64,000 nt of DNA from Thalia democratica (lineage: Eukaryota). Location of the stretch: positions 29,202,001-29,266,000 of the forward strand of contig OZ241829.1 of the NCBI GenBank assembly GCA_965202585.1, written 5' to 3'. Every line of letters begins with the position of its first letter. Positions within the stretch are counted from its first letter, which is position 1. A program made the position numbers and the translations under genes. The notes beneath the pieces are model-generated. The model saw nothing but the letters and a program-made list of their open reading frames with translations. It ran no database searches and had not been told where the DNA came from. Positions 1 to 15,000 of this stretch are shown here, in pieces.

Positions 1-3000
1 CCAAAATTTTTTCAAAAGACTTTAAATAAGATTTAAAAAGTTTACGTTTTATCATCAGTTTTTAATAACTTTGCACTAAACAATTAGTTTAATAATATTA
101 TGTTCTATACTTCTCAAACTTTCTAAATATCAAGACAGTTTGACACTAAACATTAACCTATTTCATAAACATAAACTTGATACTTCCACACAAGTAACAA
201 AATTTAAAACGCTCTTGTTAAACTGAACGGTTTTATTATCTTGATTGGAGTACGATTTACAATTAAATTTGTAGCAGTTTGAGCAAAAAAGTTTTAGTAT
301 TAAACATAAAATAATACATGGCTTTATTACTGTTTTTGCAGTGAAATATGTTTAAAGAAATAGCTTTAATGTATTAATGCCTCATTAACTGACGTGCTCT
401 AAAAGTAATTGAATAATAAAAAGGCTTAGTTTTGCATTTAGATGTTTACGCTATTATTAAGTTGTTAAGCTAGTAATAACTTTGGCAACATACATTTTAT
501 GAGAAGTACTTTAAAAACAAATTTCCTAGGATCTGTCTTTAGATATTAGAAAAATGTATAGTTTTGTATTAAAGTGTTTATATGATTTTGCAATAAATTG
601 ATCGAGAAATGGGATATAATATTTAACTGGAAATGATATAAATGAGTTAGTTTTTGATAAGTAAAATGTTGAACAGTTACTTTGAAAGTTTTAAACGCTA
701 CTATTTGTTTTTAAGATAACTTTTTAAAAGTAAAATTTTGACTTGTTTGAAAAAACCACACAAATTAATGTAAAAAATGTTGGATGTTAAGTAATTTTTG
801 AAAACGTATTAACTTTAGACTAAAACTTTTACATCAAACAGGATTAATTTACTACTTAAGTTTTTAAACTAACCATGAACTTAAGTTTATTTCTAACTAA
901 AAATCGTTAAAATTCCATATTACAAAGTATTTTAAGTAGCTGCTTTAAGTACAACATTATAACTACTTTTCTACTAACTTGAAATAAATTTAGTTTCAGA
1001 TAGATATAACTTTTGAGACCTAAAACAGTTTATTCTGTCAAAGGTTAATTTACGTACGTAAAAAAAAGCTTTATTATTTATATACAAATTTTAGTTTTTC
1101 TCAGCTTAGTTTGTATTTTTAAGGAAAATTAGAATTAAGAAAACAAAAAGAATAAGTTTGTGAAAAAAACAAATACAGCGACAATAAAGTCATATGTCTG
1201 GTATACATAAAATACAAAATATATACAAATGTGTACAAAATACGCGTGTGGTTTTGATTGTTGTGACATAAACAGAGTTGCGTTTAAACGAAGACAAATT
1301 TAACCAGACTTTCTGATGAAACCCTCGTCAGTTTTTGTATTTAAATTAGTGTTTAGTCCTGAGTTCATCTGATTAAATTACATAAGCGTTCATCAAACAT
1401 TATGTGTTAAGGTGATTGAAATTCATTTTTCGACTGTTATAGAATATTTTTAAATTTTGAACTAATAAGCCATGAAATAAAAATTATCCGTGTTAAGCTA
1501 TAGAATATAGATAGATAAATTCTTATCACTTTACACAGTTCACTACAAAAAGTTAATTGTCTCCGTTGGTACAAAATAGAACAAATAATGGCATGTTACA
1601 ACACAAGTGATTATCACAACATGCTTTTAAAAAAATCTGCAGTGCTAAGCTTTGGTTTATATCAGTAACAATAAAAATTAACCATGTTAAATCGATCTAG
1701 TTTAGTTTTAGTTTGACCAAACAAAAAATTTCATTTGTAAAAATTTATTTTTGATTACTAACTGATATACCAATTAAAGAAATCGTATAATGACTTAAGT
1801 TTTTATCAAACTTGTTTATTATACTAACTTGTTTTTCGTAAGTAATTTGTTTGTAATTTTAAAATAAATTAACTTTTATAGACGTAATCAAATTCTCTTA
1901 CTACTTAAATTTCAAAATTATATTCTTTAAAGTTTCTTCAAACTACTCTTATTTCTGATAAAATTTTATTTATTTTGCAAGTGGAATTGTTAGTGCGTAC
2001 AAAAACTATTTTATTGATTTAGAAAACTGTAGTTTTGCTGCTTGTTTTAAAGCTTTTGTAATAAGCGTTAGGGATAAAAATTAAATATTAAAATTTTGCT
2101 TTATTAAGATATAACAATTAGACTAATTTTTAACTTCGTACATTTGTCTAAAAATTCGTCAGACTATCATAATGCTTTCTACTCTATTTCCTTTAAAACT
2201 AAAATCTTATTTATCAAACAAACTTTTTTGTTCTATTTTGTACTGACAAGTAGTTATACCTAGAAATAAATTAATACTTAAATATTCACTTGAATTTTTA
2301 TTATATTTTTCTATTTAATATTAAATGGTATAAATATTAAATAAAAACTGTACTTATTGTTTAAATGTAACAGAATAATTTATTTTATTACAAAAAGTTT
2401 TTTTTTAATAACCATAATTACGTAATGACAATCAAAAATTTTAAGTAGCTGTTCAAAAATTTAAGAATCAAAAAGAAAAACTGTTTATTTAAGTTCGTTT
2501 TCTTAAACATACTTATAAAAAAGTTTATGTGTGCTAGATAGAGAAGTACAAGTTTGATAATTCATCGTTGAAACATTACAAAAATGTTTTTCAACTTATT
2601 TTACTCGTATTCTTTAGTTTGAAATTATGTTTTGTCCTGTAGTATATCTACAACTAATTGTATTTTAAAAATTATGAAAACCTCAACCAAGTTTATTAAA
2701 ATAGAATAAGTTGTATTGTACAACGAAATGAAGTCAGAGCAAATATAAAGTTACAACAGTAAAGATAACAAAACCACAAAACTATGATAAGCATCAAAAC
2801 TTTACGTCTTAGCTTTATTTGTTTCGTACGAACAAAGTGAGTGTTTAAGTACTTCTGAACTTATACTTGTTATTTAATAGATATATAATTATTTATTTAA
2901 CGTTTGATTTTGTCGTATAAACTTGAAGTGTTAACTATAATCGAATACTTATTTATTCAATTCTAAAATGCCTATTGTTTCAAATACTTTTTTTGGTAAA

Positions 3001-5975
3001 TTTTGCTTAATTCACGACTTATGTAAGAAAAAACTCAAACAGTGTAAATATAATTTTACGATTTTTGCTTAAAACTTAATCAAACCATATGCAGTTCTTA
3101 GGTGACATTTTTTTTTATTTGTTAAACAAAACTAACTTTATTGTTTGTAGAACTTAAAATAAACGTTGAATACGACATTGATCTATTAGACCAAGATATT
3201 TATAAAACTTGCTTTCAATGGAGAATACTGTACTTTTATGCTATTTATCGCAAAAATGTGTAATGTATTTGTAAATATTATGTAATAAGCTTTAAGTTTG
3301 TTTTAGCATAGCGCATTAATAAATTAGTATTGTTGTCATATTTTTTTGGTGATAAAGTAGTTTAATATATTAATCCGTTAAGATGAATTACTTTTAATAG
3401 AAGATTATATTTAGAATTTATTTTTAATCAGAAGAATTACGTATTTTTATAATAATATTACTAATTTAGTGTAATATACACACTCCACGAATTTTCTTGA
3501 AATCAAATCTTTACAAATGAGTGTGATAGATACAACTTTTTAAAACTATTTAGTTTTATAGTATTAATAAATTTCTAGAAGTTAGTTAGATACATTATAA
3601 AACAGTTTAACAATCAAAAATATTTCCATGCTTTACCCTAATACAATATTTATAAAAATATGAACAAATGTAGCTGAATATTTACTAAAGACTACAGTTT
3701 TCAATATATTTATTGTTTGTTATTTATTACATTTAAAAATTATACTTTAATAGAAAAACCTTAGTCTATAAACATTGTACTATTATTGAATTAAACATGT
3801 AAAATAAGAATTTTATATATCGAAAACTTGCACTTTTTCTAATACCCAGACAGCTTAGTTTTTTTTATGAAAGTTATATATACATATTTAAATTTATACT
3901 TATAGTTAAGAGTTTAAATTAAACTTAAAAACAATTAAAAACTAAATTTCACTTAAGTTTGAGTTTACAAATACAACGTAAGCTTTTCAGATTACTTGAG
4001 CCTAATAAACTAACTTTTATGTTTATTAAACTTTTATTTACGTTACAAATGTACTTTTTTCTTGTGATTTAAGTTTTTTTGTATACAATTTATTTAGTCA
4101 AACCATACTAAGTCAAAAAAAACTTAAAAAAACAATCTACAATGTAACTTACAAAAAAACCATAAAATTTACTGAACTTAAGGTTAAATTTTATAACCTT
4201 TGTAATTGCAATAATAACCTTTAAATTAAAGTGAAATTTGAGAAAAAATATGCTTTATGTAGTCTAAAATTTAATTTAGATGACATATTTTAAATGAATG
4301 CATTAAAATCTTATTTAAAAATTTTTAAACATTACTTGGTTTTTGAAGTGAGCTATCATAATTTGACTTAGAAATACAGATAAAAGTTAATGAAAATCAT
4401 TGTTTATGACATAGGACAGATTTTAGGTTTCTGAAACATTACATGATTTGTAGTTAAGTAAAACCTATTTTACTTGAAAAAAAAGTTTATATAAGTTTTA
4501 ACTATAATAATTTTTGTCGATATAATTATTTACACATAATGGTAATTTTACAGAAATTAAAAAAATAACAAGTTACTATGTTTAGTCTTTTAAAGGTTTA
4601 TTGTTAACTTATATTAATTTAATAAATACCAAAACTAAGTAAGATAATAATAATAATAAAGTATGTACATTACAAATACTTGTATTTAAAGCATATTAAT
4701 TAACACAGGCTTTGTCTGTGTTCATGTTTAGGATCTGCAATCTAAGTTTGATTGTTTATAACGCAACTTTTAAATCCGTTTTCATAAATTTTTTATCTAA
4801 CAAGGATTAGTTAACTTTGAAGTGTACTTAATCGATTACTTAAAGTAGTTTGTGATTTTTAAAATTAGCGCAACCTCTAAAGTGAAGCTTATAGTTAATT
4901 GGGTTTTTGTTGTAACCAACAAATTAAATGTGAATACCCATAAACCTTTTACAAAAAAATATTCAAAATAGGATTAGGCTCACAAAATATTCTTATTACC
5001 TTTTGAAATTAATTTTCTCAGTTTACAACAGCTAGCTTTAAACTTCTTTAAATAAAATTGACTACTGTTTATGGTACTCGATGGCACACACCACACAACG
5101 GTTTTCACAAATGACGCTTAATCTTATAACGACCAAAATATTCACCAGCCGTCATTTAGTTTTAACTCATAAACTGATAAATCACACTTATCACCCGGTC
5201 TGCGCCGAACGAAGGCATATATTAATCCTGCCACGACCGTAAAACCACAGGGTTTTCACACAAAGATTATTGATGCCTCCGCCATTGCAGCAGAAAAAGT
5301 CTTCGAAAAAAGCCACAAATGTGAGACCGGTGCAAATCTATTTTTTTCAGTACACACGTGCAACCTTTTTGTTCATTGCACGTTATGGCGTTCAACTTAC
5401 CGAATACGCAGTGCTACTGATTTTTAACACTATTTGATTCGCCCCGCGGCCTTTTGTTATCAATACATATACGGACAATGGGTGCAAGTTTTATCAGATA
5501 AGCATAAGCGAGCAGTACAGGTGTTTAAAGCTTTCTAGCAGCCGAGTATGAACTGTGCAATAGAACAGAGGTTCTCAAGCTAAAGTTCTTGAAGTTTCAA
5601 GACGCGCCCGTTTTTAATAAACGTCATTTGAGCTCCGGTCTTAATTAGTTTAAAAAACGAAGCTTTGCGAAATAAAAGCATTAACATGTTAAATACTTTA
5701 ATAACTTTTATTTTTCAATTGTAAAAAACTTTGGTAGTTATTCAATTAAACTAACATCATCAGTATTGCGTTGTTGAAATAAATTTTGGCGTTTTATTCG
5801 GTAAAGTTTAAGAAAAACTGTTTAACTTCATTTAGTGTTAAACAAACCGCGTATTTAAAATCAGGTAACATGAAAACAAAAACTAAGTACGCACGGTTTC
5901 AATAAGTAGTTTAAAGTATTGGTAACAAGTAACAATCGCAAATAAATTCAGGGTTTTAATACCAAGTTATTCAAT

Positions 5976-6021
5976 ATGAGACTGCCACTCCTGCTGTGTA
6001 CCATTGCACTGCTCTTTGTAG
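5976..6021 (+). CDS. Exon 1: signal-peptide-like MRLPLLLCTIALLFV
   Basis: ATG, then Arg and a hydrophobic run, ending at a consensus G|GTAAGT donor (phase 1). This matches the phase needed by the first stefin exon, which has no in-frame ATG of its own. Confidence 0.7.
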
Positions 6022-9000
6022 GTAAGTTGTTTATTTTGTTTTCATTTATTGGCCAAATATAAAAAAAGGTTCTTATAAATGGTCCTTGGACCAAGTGTAC
6101 GAAAAAACCTTTTGGCTGTTGAATTTACACCGCTTGGATGCAGTTTAACGTCTTGTCCAGAACAAGACTTATATAAATATTAATACATAACCGTAAATTG
6201 ATCTTGCTTGGTTAATTATTTAACAATTTTTTTTATTTAAAAGATTGGTATCCTAAAGAATTTTATTGAAAACGTTTTTAAATTGCAGACATGAAAAACT
6301 TTGTTGCAAAATTAAATTATATAAATTTGATAAAAGAAAAATTCTTTAAATCGTAAATAACTTTAATTAACCATTTAAAATACAGCTCTAAGCTTATCTG
6401 AGCATATTATGTATTTCCTTATACGTAAGTTAAGATCAAATAGAAACTGTCTGTTTACAATACGTTTTTGTTTGTAAAAAGAAGTTTAGGTGTTTTTAGA
6501 GCTGGTTTTAAAAAAGCTTAAGAAAGCATGATAATTTTTCTATTTTATGAACTAAATTGGTATAAACTTTATATGAATTAAAGTTTTTACCAATGTAAAC
6601 TTTTGATTTTTTTTTGCATAAGGCGTTTTTGCCTATATTCTAACTATCAATTTTGAAAAAAAAAAATTGTATTTTCAGTCTTCAGCCTATGTTTTTTTTA
6701 ACTGCAGCCATATTAATTTTAACGTTAGTAAAACAATTTTTTTTTAAACTTTAGTTGCTCATTTAAACTCTTTATCGCAGGATTTAGTAGTGTTTAAAAA
6801 TTGATGTATATGTTAGGAATTTGCAACTTTTTTAGTTAAAAATTCATGATTTTTTTAAAACAAAACCGCAATAAAATAAAGTATAATAAGCATTACTGAG
6901 TATTGAAAGACAAATTTGTAATAACCATCAAAGTGTTAATAAATTACAGAAGGAACAAAATTATTGTTAATAAGTTACCGAGAAGCAAAAAAAAAATTAT
7001 CGTTTTAAATTTATAGCTATAAGTATACTTGTCTACGATTATACATTTAAATAAAAAGTTTTTTCGGCTTGTAATTTTGCTAATTTCTTAATACAAAAAC
7101 TATTAATTTCATCAGAAATTAAAGATCAGTCCTTAACTCATTGTAATATTTTACTTTTAAGCACTATATTCAGTCGTTAAAACAGATAGAGATATCATTT
7201 GTTGTAATTTAAAACGCAACACTAACAAAAGTGTAAAGTTATTTAAACCTAATATTGCATAATTCTTGAAACGTTTAAGTTTAAGTTTGAAACGATGAAA
7301 ATTCGCTTAATATCATAAAAACCATAAATGATACATTTGTATTTTTTTTTCATAAGATAAATAAACTTAAAATGTCGATGGTATAATGTTACATTTGTCA
7401 AAGTTTGTGGAAATATTTATGAGATTACTAGATTTTATCTAAGCCCTAATAAGATAAACTAGGCCAAATTTGTTTTTATGGTATGCAATTACCCGACTAT
7501 TATTACGTCATACACTATCTCGCTTTTTAACTGTACCTTGAAGTACATGGCATTCAACTTTTTATTTATTTCCAGAAAACACTTTCAACATTTTAAGGAA
7601 ACAAGAAAACAATCTTAGTAACTCGGTTTAATTTTTCAATAAATACTTTTAGCTCATTTTATTCTTTTTTTGAAATCACAAAGCAGCTATCTACAACAGC
7701 AAATTATTATTTTCCGGATAGCTGTTAACTACTTGAGCAAACGTCATTTCTTGCATAACTAAACTTTCAATAAACGACACTGCAAACGTGTCCTTGAGTC
7801 AGCGAAATTATCAGCAATCAAGAACTTGCACGTTTTTCGAACTAACACTTGTAACAAACGAACAGCATGCCGGCCGGAAAGTCCGCCCATCAAGCCGCTC
7901 CGCCCCTTCGCCTGGCTGTGGTCGGGGGTGCTGCCCGCCACCAGGGAAGTTCAGAAGGTCGCCGATGACGTGAGTGATTGGTTGCATTAGTTTGTTAAAG
8001 TTGTGATACAAGAAATTTTTCAACGGTAAAGTTTATTTTTTGTATATTTTTAAAGTCACTATGGAAACCAGTCTTGTTTTTTATTTTTAAGTTTTTTAAG
8101 ACAAGGTCTGTCGAAAGACCAAGTTATGTTTATATTGTATGTAAAGTTACTATTAAATCAGTCTTGCCTATTTGGTGCTTTAATTTTGACAGTTAAATGT
8201 TTGCTTCTGTAGTGTTAATTTAATTCATGTTTAACAAATAACGTGTTAAAACAAAAACATACAAACCTAGATAGTTTTGGGGCAAAATTTTGTCATGTTA
8301 AGAGTTAAAAAAAGTCTTTGTACCTTAATTTTCCAGGTAAAATGCGTGGTCGACTGGAGGTACAAAAACAGGATAAGAATGTACAAAGCCATCGAATTTC
8401 AAAGGCAAATTGTCGGCGGTACCAACTACAGAATAAAAGTAAGTTTTGAAAAGTTGCATGAACTGAAAAACATTTTACGTTACAAAAGGGGAAAAAAGTA
8501 TGTTATAACCATAGCTTAATAAAAGTAGCATGTGAGAGACTATAGACGGTAAAGGTAATTTAATTTATTTAAAAGCAAGGAATGATTAATTTTGAATACT
8601 TTTAAAAGACTAAGTATCTTTTTATATACTCTGAGCAACTTTTTTCAACTATTATCAAGTATGAAGCAACATCAAACTTAGAACAAAACTTTTATATAAA
8701 TTACTTCAACTAAGAACCATTAAGACTTAAAACATCGAATTCGTTTATAAACTTCAGCAACTAGTGAAGTTTACCAAGTTTGTTTTAATAACATCAAAAT
8801 CACCCAAAACATAAAATCTCAGCTTTAAGCGTTGATAATGGGTTTACTGTTCGCTCGTATTATTTACAAAATAACCAATTTTGAAAGTTTAATGCTTTTT
8901 TGCCATGCTAATCAAAGCATGCAGATGACCATAAGCACTAACCAGAAACAAAGTTGATCTGACTACCTTTAACAGTGTTTTACAAAAATACAATGCTACG

Positions 9001-12000
9001 ATGTTATCTTGTTTTATATGTTACGCTCTTATTGTAGCTTAAGTTTGAAACAAAAAACTAAAAATAATTTATAAATAGACTTTTACGCGTAGTTTTGGTT
9101 TACCGATGTTTCGATATGTCAATATGTGCAATGATATAAAAAACAAATATTGCAAGTTTCATGCACCCGACAAGTTTCAATAACCTCCGACAAAATCTAT
9201 CACAATTACAGTTTATTTTGTTAAACACCTATTTTCTATATTTTACAAAGAAAATATTTTTTGTTCATATCAAGTCATTTAAGTATTGTCTTTCATACAG
9301 CTTAAGATTATTGAAAGTTACTTTATTTATTTTTTCAATTTAAGTATGTTTGATGTTTTATTTGACAAAATCAAGCTTAATATAAATACGTATTCTAAAA
9401 TAATTTTGGAATTAACTAAAATTAAAATCTTATTTATTTAAAATCTTTTTTTTTAAATTACTTGAAAAACTTCAACACCATACCAAGGTTGCAATATTTT
9501 TTTTATCGATGCAAGTTTTAAATATTTCTAAATATTTATTTAAAACATTAATAACTTATAAAACAACTTATTCTCGAAAAACCACACTTTTAACAAGTTG
9601 ATCGTTTTGTCAATAATAATTCGTATCCAAACTTTACAAAAGATTTATTAGTTTTGAAACTCCTTTCAAAGTTAAAGTTTTTCATATTTAAATCCGATAA
9701 AACTTGTAAAAGCTGATGAGCTATATATTACCCTTTTTTAAATTGCTTGACTAAATTTTAATAAGTTAGAAAAATTTGTCGTGTCTCTTACCAAACTAGA
9801 CTAATAATTTACTGCCTCAAGATCAAAAGTTAATACATGCGTTTTTGAGACATATCAAAAGACTTTTAAACAAACAAAATGTTGAAATTAAAACAAATAA
9901 TGTAAAATGGTTCTATGTTTCTTATCAAAAGAAAGAAAAGTACAAAAAGTTCTAAAATTAAACTTTAACGAACTAATTATAAAGTTAAGCAAAAGAGGAG
10001 TTATGACAAAGCATATTAAAGTTATTGTATTCTCAACTATGATATAAATGAAAAAAAGTTTATAAAATTTAGTTATGATACTTTAGTAGAGCGACAATAA
10101 GAACTTTAAGGTTAAACTTAAAACTTATTTTGATAAACATTTTGTGCTTTGCGTCTAAAATTAATTTTAAAATAAACTTTAGTTTTAAATTAACCTTAAT
10201 AGTGGTTATGAAAAGTTTAATTTCATTTTGAAAGTTTAAACAAGATATTCCTTCTATTAAAAAAAATTATAAGAAGAACAGTGAAGGCTATAATATATAA
10301 TATTATTATTACATTTAGGTAAGAAACTAAGTTGATTTAAAAATAATTTTTTTGATAAGAAAAAAAAACAATCAATAGTTATAAATAAAACTGTTAGAAA
10401 CTTTAATAAATAATGAAATATACTAAAACATATATAAAACAAAAAAGTGTTTATAAATAAAAATAAGTAACTACACGCCACCAAATACATTTGTAAGCTT
10501 TAAAAAAACAATTCACAAAAACAACTTGATTTTAACAGATACAAATTGATGACGGTCTGTTTATAGCAGTTAGGGCTTTCAGATCGTTCCCGGGGGTTAA
10601 AGCCCAATTCAGGGGTTTCATGAAAAGAAACAAAATAGGCAAGAGACCTAGGAAATGCAAAGGAAAAGGAAGAGGTAAAGGTAAAGGAAAGTGCAAGCCA
10701 TCTGCAGGTGGTGACTTAGACGAAGAATTTGTAGATGTTATAGTTGGCCCTGGTGGTGAATCTCCTATTCCTATTGATACTTCTGTTGATATCGACGCTT
10801 CAGTTGATGTCGATGCTTCTGTTGATGTAGATGCTTCTGTTGATGTAGATGCTTCTGTTGATGTAGACGCTTCGGTTGATTTAGATGCTTCTGTAGATGT
10901 CGATGCTTCTGTTGATGTCGATGCTTCAGTTGATTTAGATGCTTCAGTTGATGTCGACGCTTCAGTTGATTTAGATGCTTCAGTTGATTTAGATGCTTCT
11001 GTTGATGTCGATGCTTCAGTTGATGTCGATGCTTCTGTTGATGTAGGAGCCTCAGTTGATTTAGATGCTTCTGTTGATGTAGACGCTTCAGTTGATGTCG
11101 ATGCTTCAGCTGATGTCGACGCTTCAGTTGATGTCGACGCTTCAGTTGATGTAGGCGCTTCAGTTGATTTAGATGCTTCAGTTGATGTAGGAGCTTCAGT
11201 TGATGTCGACGCTTCAGTTGATGTCGATGCTTCAGTTGATGTCGACGCTTCAGTTGATGTCGATGCTTCAGTTGATGTAGGAGCTTCAGTTGATTTAGAT
11301 GCTTCAGTTGATGTAGACGCTTCAGTTGATGTAGGAGCTTCAGTTGATGTCGACGCTTCGGTTGATGTCGATGCTTTTGTTGATTTAGATGCTTCTGTTG
11401 ATGTCGATGCTTCAGTTGATGTCGATGCTTCAGTCGATGTAGATGCTTCAGTTGATGTAGGAGCTTCAGTTGATGTCGATGCTTCAGTTGATGTCGACGC
11501 TTCAGTTGATGTCGATTCTTCTCTTGATGTAGGAGCTTCAGTTGATTTAGATGCTTCAGTTGATGCAGATGCTTCAGTTGATTTAGGAGCTTCAGTTGAT
11601 GTAGGAGCTTCAGTTGATTTAGATGCTTCAGTTGATGTCGATGCTTCAGTTGACGTAGATGCTTCAGTTGAAGTAGATGCTTCTGTTGATGTAGATGCTT
11701 CAGTTGATGTAGGAGCTTCAGTTGATGTCGATGCTTCTGTTGATGTAGATGCTTCTCTTGATATAGGAGCTTCAGTTGATGTAGATGCTTCTGTTGATTT
11801 AGATGCTTCAGTTGATGTAGACGCTTCAGTTGATTTAGATGCTTCTGTTGATTTAGATGCTTCAGTTGATGTCGACGCTTCAGTTGATATCGATGCTTCA
11901 GCTGATGTCGACGCTTCAGTTGATGTAGGCGCTTCAGTTGATTTAGATGCTTCTGTTGATGTCGATGCTTCTGTTGATGTAGATGCTTCAGTTGATGTAG

Positions 12001-15000
12001 GAGCTTCAGTTGATTTAGGTGCTTCTGTTGATGTCGATGCTTCTGTTGATGTCGACGCTTCTCTTGATGTAGGAGCTTCAGTTGATTTCGACGCTTCAGT
12101 TGATGTCGACGCTTCTCTTGATATAGGAGCTTCAGTTGATTTAGATGCTTCTGTTGACGTAGATGCTTCTGTTGATGTCGATGCTTCAGCTGATGTCGAT
12201 GCTTCAGTTGATGTAGGCGCTTCAGTTGATTTAGATGCTTCTGTTGATGTCGATGCTTATGTTGATGTAGATGCTTCAGTTGATGTAGGAGCTTCAGTTG
12301 ATTTAGATGCTTCTGTTGATGTCGATGCTTCTTTTGATGTCGACGCTTCAGTTGATTTAGATGCTTCAGTTGATGTAGGAGCTTCAGTTGATGTCGACGC
12401 TTCTCTTGATGTAGGAGCTTCAGTTGATTTAGATGCTTCTGTTGACGTAGATGCTTCTGTTGATGTCGATGCTTCAGCTGATGTCGATGCTTCAGTTGAT
12501 GTAGATGCTTCAGTTGATGTCGACGCTTCAGTTGATGTCGATGCTTCAGCTGATGTCGACACTTCAGTTAATATAGGCGCTTCAGTTGATTTAGATGCTT
12601 CTGTTGATTTAGATGCTTCTGTTGATGTAGATGCTTCAGTTGATGTAGGAGCTTCAATTGATTTAGATGCTTCAGCTGATGTAGATGCTTCAGTTGATGT
12701 AGGCGCTTCAGTTGATTTAGATGCTTCTGTTGATGTCGATGCTTCTGTTGATGTCGATGCTTCAGTTGATGTAGGAGCTTCAGTTGATTTAGATGCTTCT
12801 GTTGACGTAGATGCTTCTGTTGATTTAGATGCTTCAGTTGATGTAGACACTTCAGTTGATTTAGATGCTTCTGTTGATGTCGATGCTTCTGTTGATGTCG
12901 ACGCTTCTGTTGATGTAGATGCTTCAGTTGATGTCGACGCTTCTCTTGATGTAGGAGCTTCAGTTGATTTAGATGCTTCCGTTGACGTAGAGGCTTCTGT
13001 TGATTTAGATGCTTCAGTTGATGTAGGAGCTTCAGTTGATGTAGATGCTTCAGTTGATGTAGGAGCTTCAGTTGATTTAGATGCTTCAGCTGATGTAGAT
13101 GCTTCAGTTGATTTAGATGCTTCAGTTGATGTCGACGCTTCAGTTGATGTCGATGCTTCAGCTGATGTCGACACTTCAGTTGATGTAGGCGCTTCAGTTG
13201 ATTTAGATGCTTCAGTTGATGTCGATGCTTCTGTTGATGTAGATGCTTCAGTTGATGTAGGAGCTTCAGTTGATTTAGATGCTTCTGTTGACGTAGATGC
13301 TTCTGTTGATTTAGATGCTTCAGTTGATGTAGACGCTTCAGTTGATTTAGATGCTTCTGTTGATGTCGATGCTTCTGTTGATGTCGACGCTTCAGTTGAT
13401 GTAGATGCTTCAGTTGATGTCGACGCTTCTCTTGATGTAGGAGCTTCAGTTGATTTAGATGCTTCAGTTGATGTAGGAGCTTCAGTTGATTTAGATACTT
13501 CTGTTGATGTCGATGCTTCTGTTGATGTCGACGCTTCAGTTGATGTCGATGCTTCAGTTGATGTCGACGCTTCAGTTGATGTCGATGCTTCTCTTGATGT
13601 AGATGCTTCTGTTGACGTAGATGCTTCTGTTGATTTCGATGCTTCAGTTGATGTAGGAGCTTCAGTTGATGTCGACGCTTCAGTTGATGTAGGCGCTTCA
13701 GTTGATTTAGATGCTTCAGTTGATTTAGATGCTTCAGTTGATGTAGGAGCTTCAGTTGATTTAGAAGCTTCAGTTGATTTAGATGCTTCTGTTGATGTAG
13801 GAGCTTCAGTTGATGTCGACGCTTTAGTTGATGTAGATGCTTCTCTTGATTTAGATGCTTCAGTTGATGTCGACGCTTCAGTTGATGTCGATGCTTCAGC
13901 TGATGTCGACGCTTCAGTTGATGTAGGCGCTTCAGTTGATTTAGACGCTTCTGTTGATTTAGATGCTTCTGTTGATTTAGATGCTTCTGTTGATGTCGAT
14001 GCTTCTGTTGATGTAGATGCTTCAGTTGATGTAGGAGCTTCAGTTGATTTAGATGCTTCTGTTGATGTCGATGCTTCTGTTGATGTCGATGCTTCTCTTG
14101 ATGTAAGAGGTTCAGTTGATTTAGATGCTTCTGTTGACGTAGATGCTTCAGTTGACGTAGATGCTTCAGTTGATGTCGATGCTTCAGTTGATGTAGGAGC
14201 TTCAGTTGATGTAGATTCTTCTGTTGACGTAGATGCTTCAGTTGACGTAGATGCTTCAGTTGATGTCGATGCTTCAGTTGATGTAGGAGCTTCAGTTGAT
14301 GTAGATGCTTCTGTTGACGTAGATGCTTCAGTTGACGTAGATGCTTCAGTTGATGTCGATGCTTCTGTTGACGTAGATGCTTCAGTTGATGTAGGAGCTT
14401 CTGTTGACGTAGGAGCTTCAGTTGATTTAGGCGCTTCTGTTGATGTAGGCGCTTCTGTTGATGTAGATATCGATGCTGGTTTAGATATTGATGCCGGTTT
14501 AGATATTGATGCTGGTTTAGATGTTGATGCCGGTTTAGATATTAATGCTGGTTTAGACATTGATGCTGGTTTAGATATTGATGCAGGTTTAGATATTGAT
14601 GCAGGTTTAGACCTTGAAGCTGGTTTAAATGTTGATGCTGGTTTAGATGTTGATGCTGGTTTAGATATTGATGTTTCTGTCAATGTTGATGCTGGTTTAG
14701 ATATTGATGCTGGTTTGGATATCGATGCCGGTCTAGATATTGATGCAGGTTTAGATATTGATGCAGGTTTGGACCTTGACGCTGGTTTAGATGTTGATGC
14801 TGGTTTAGATATTGATGCTGGTTTAGATATTGATGCTGGTTTGGATATCGATGCCGGTCTAGATATTGATGCTGGTTTAGATGTTGATGCCGGTTTAGAT
14901 ATTGATGCTGGTTTAGACATTGAAGCTGGTTTAGATATTGATGCAGGTTTAGATATTAATGCAGGTTTAGACCTTGACGCTGGTTTAGATGTTGATGCTG

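Noticed and set aside
1313-1331. CTGATGA-AACCC-TCGTCAG, a possible hammerhead
   Set aside because: It forms a simple hairpin; the stem II-GAAA-stem III arrangement is missing.
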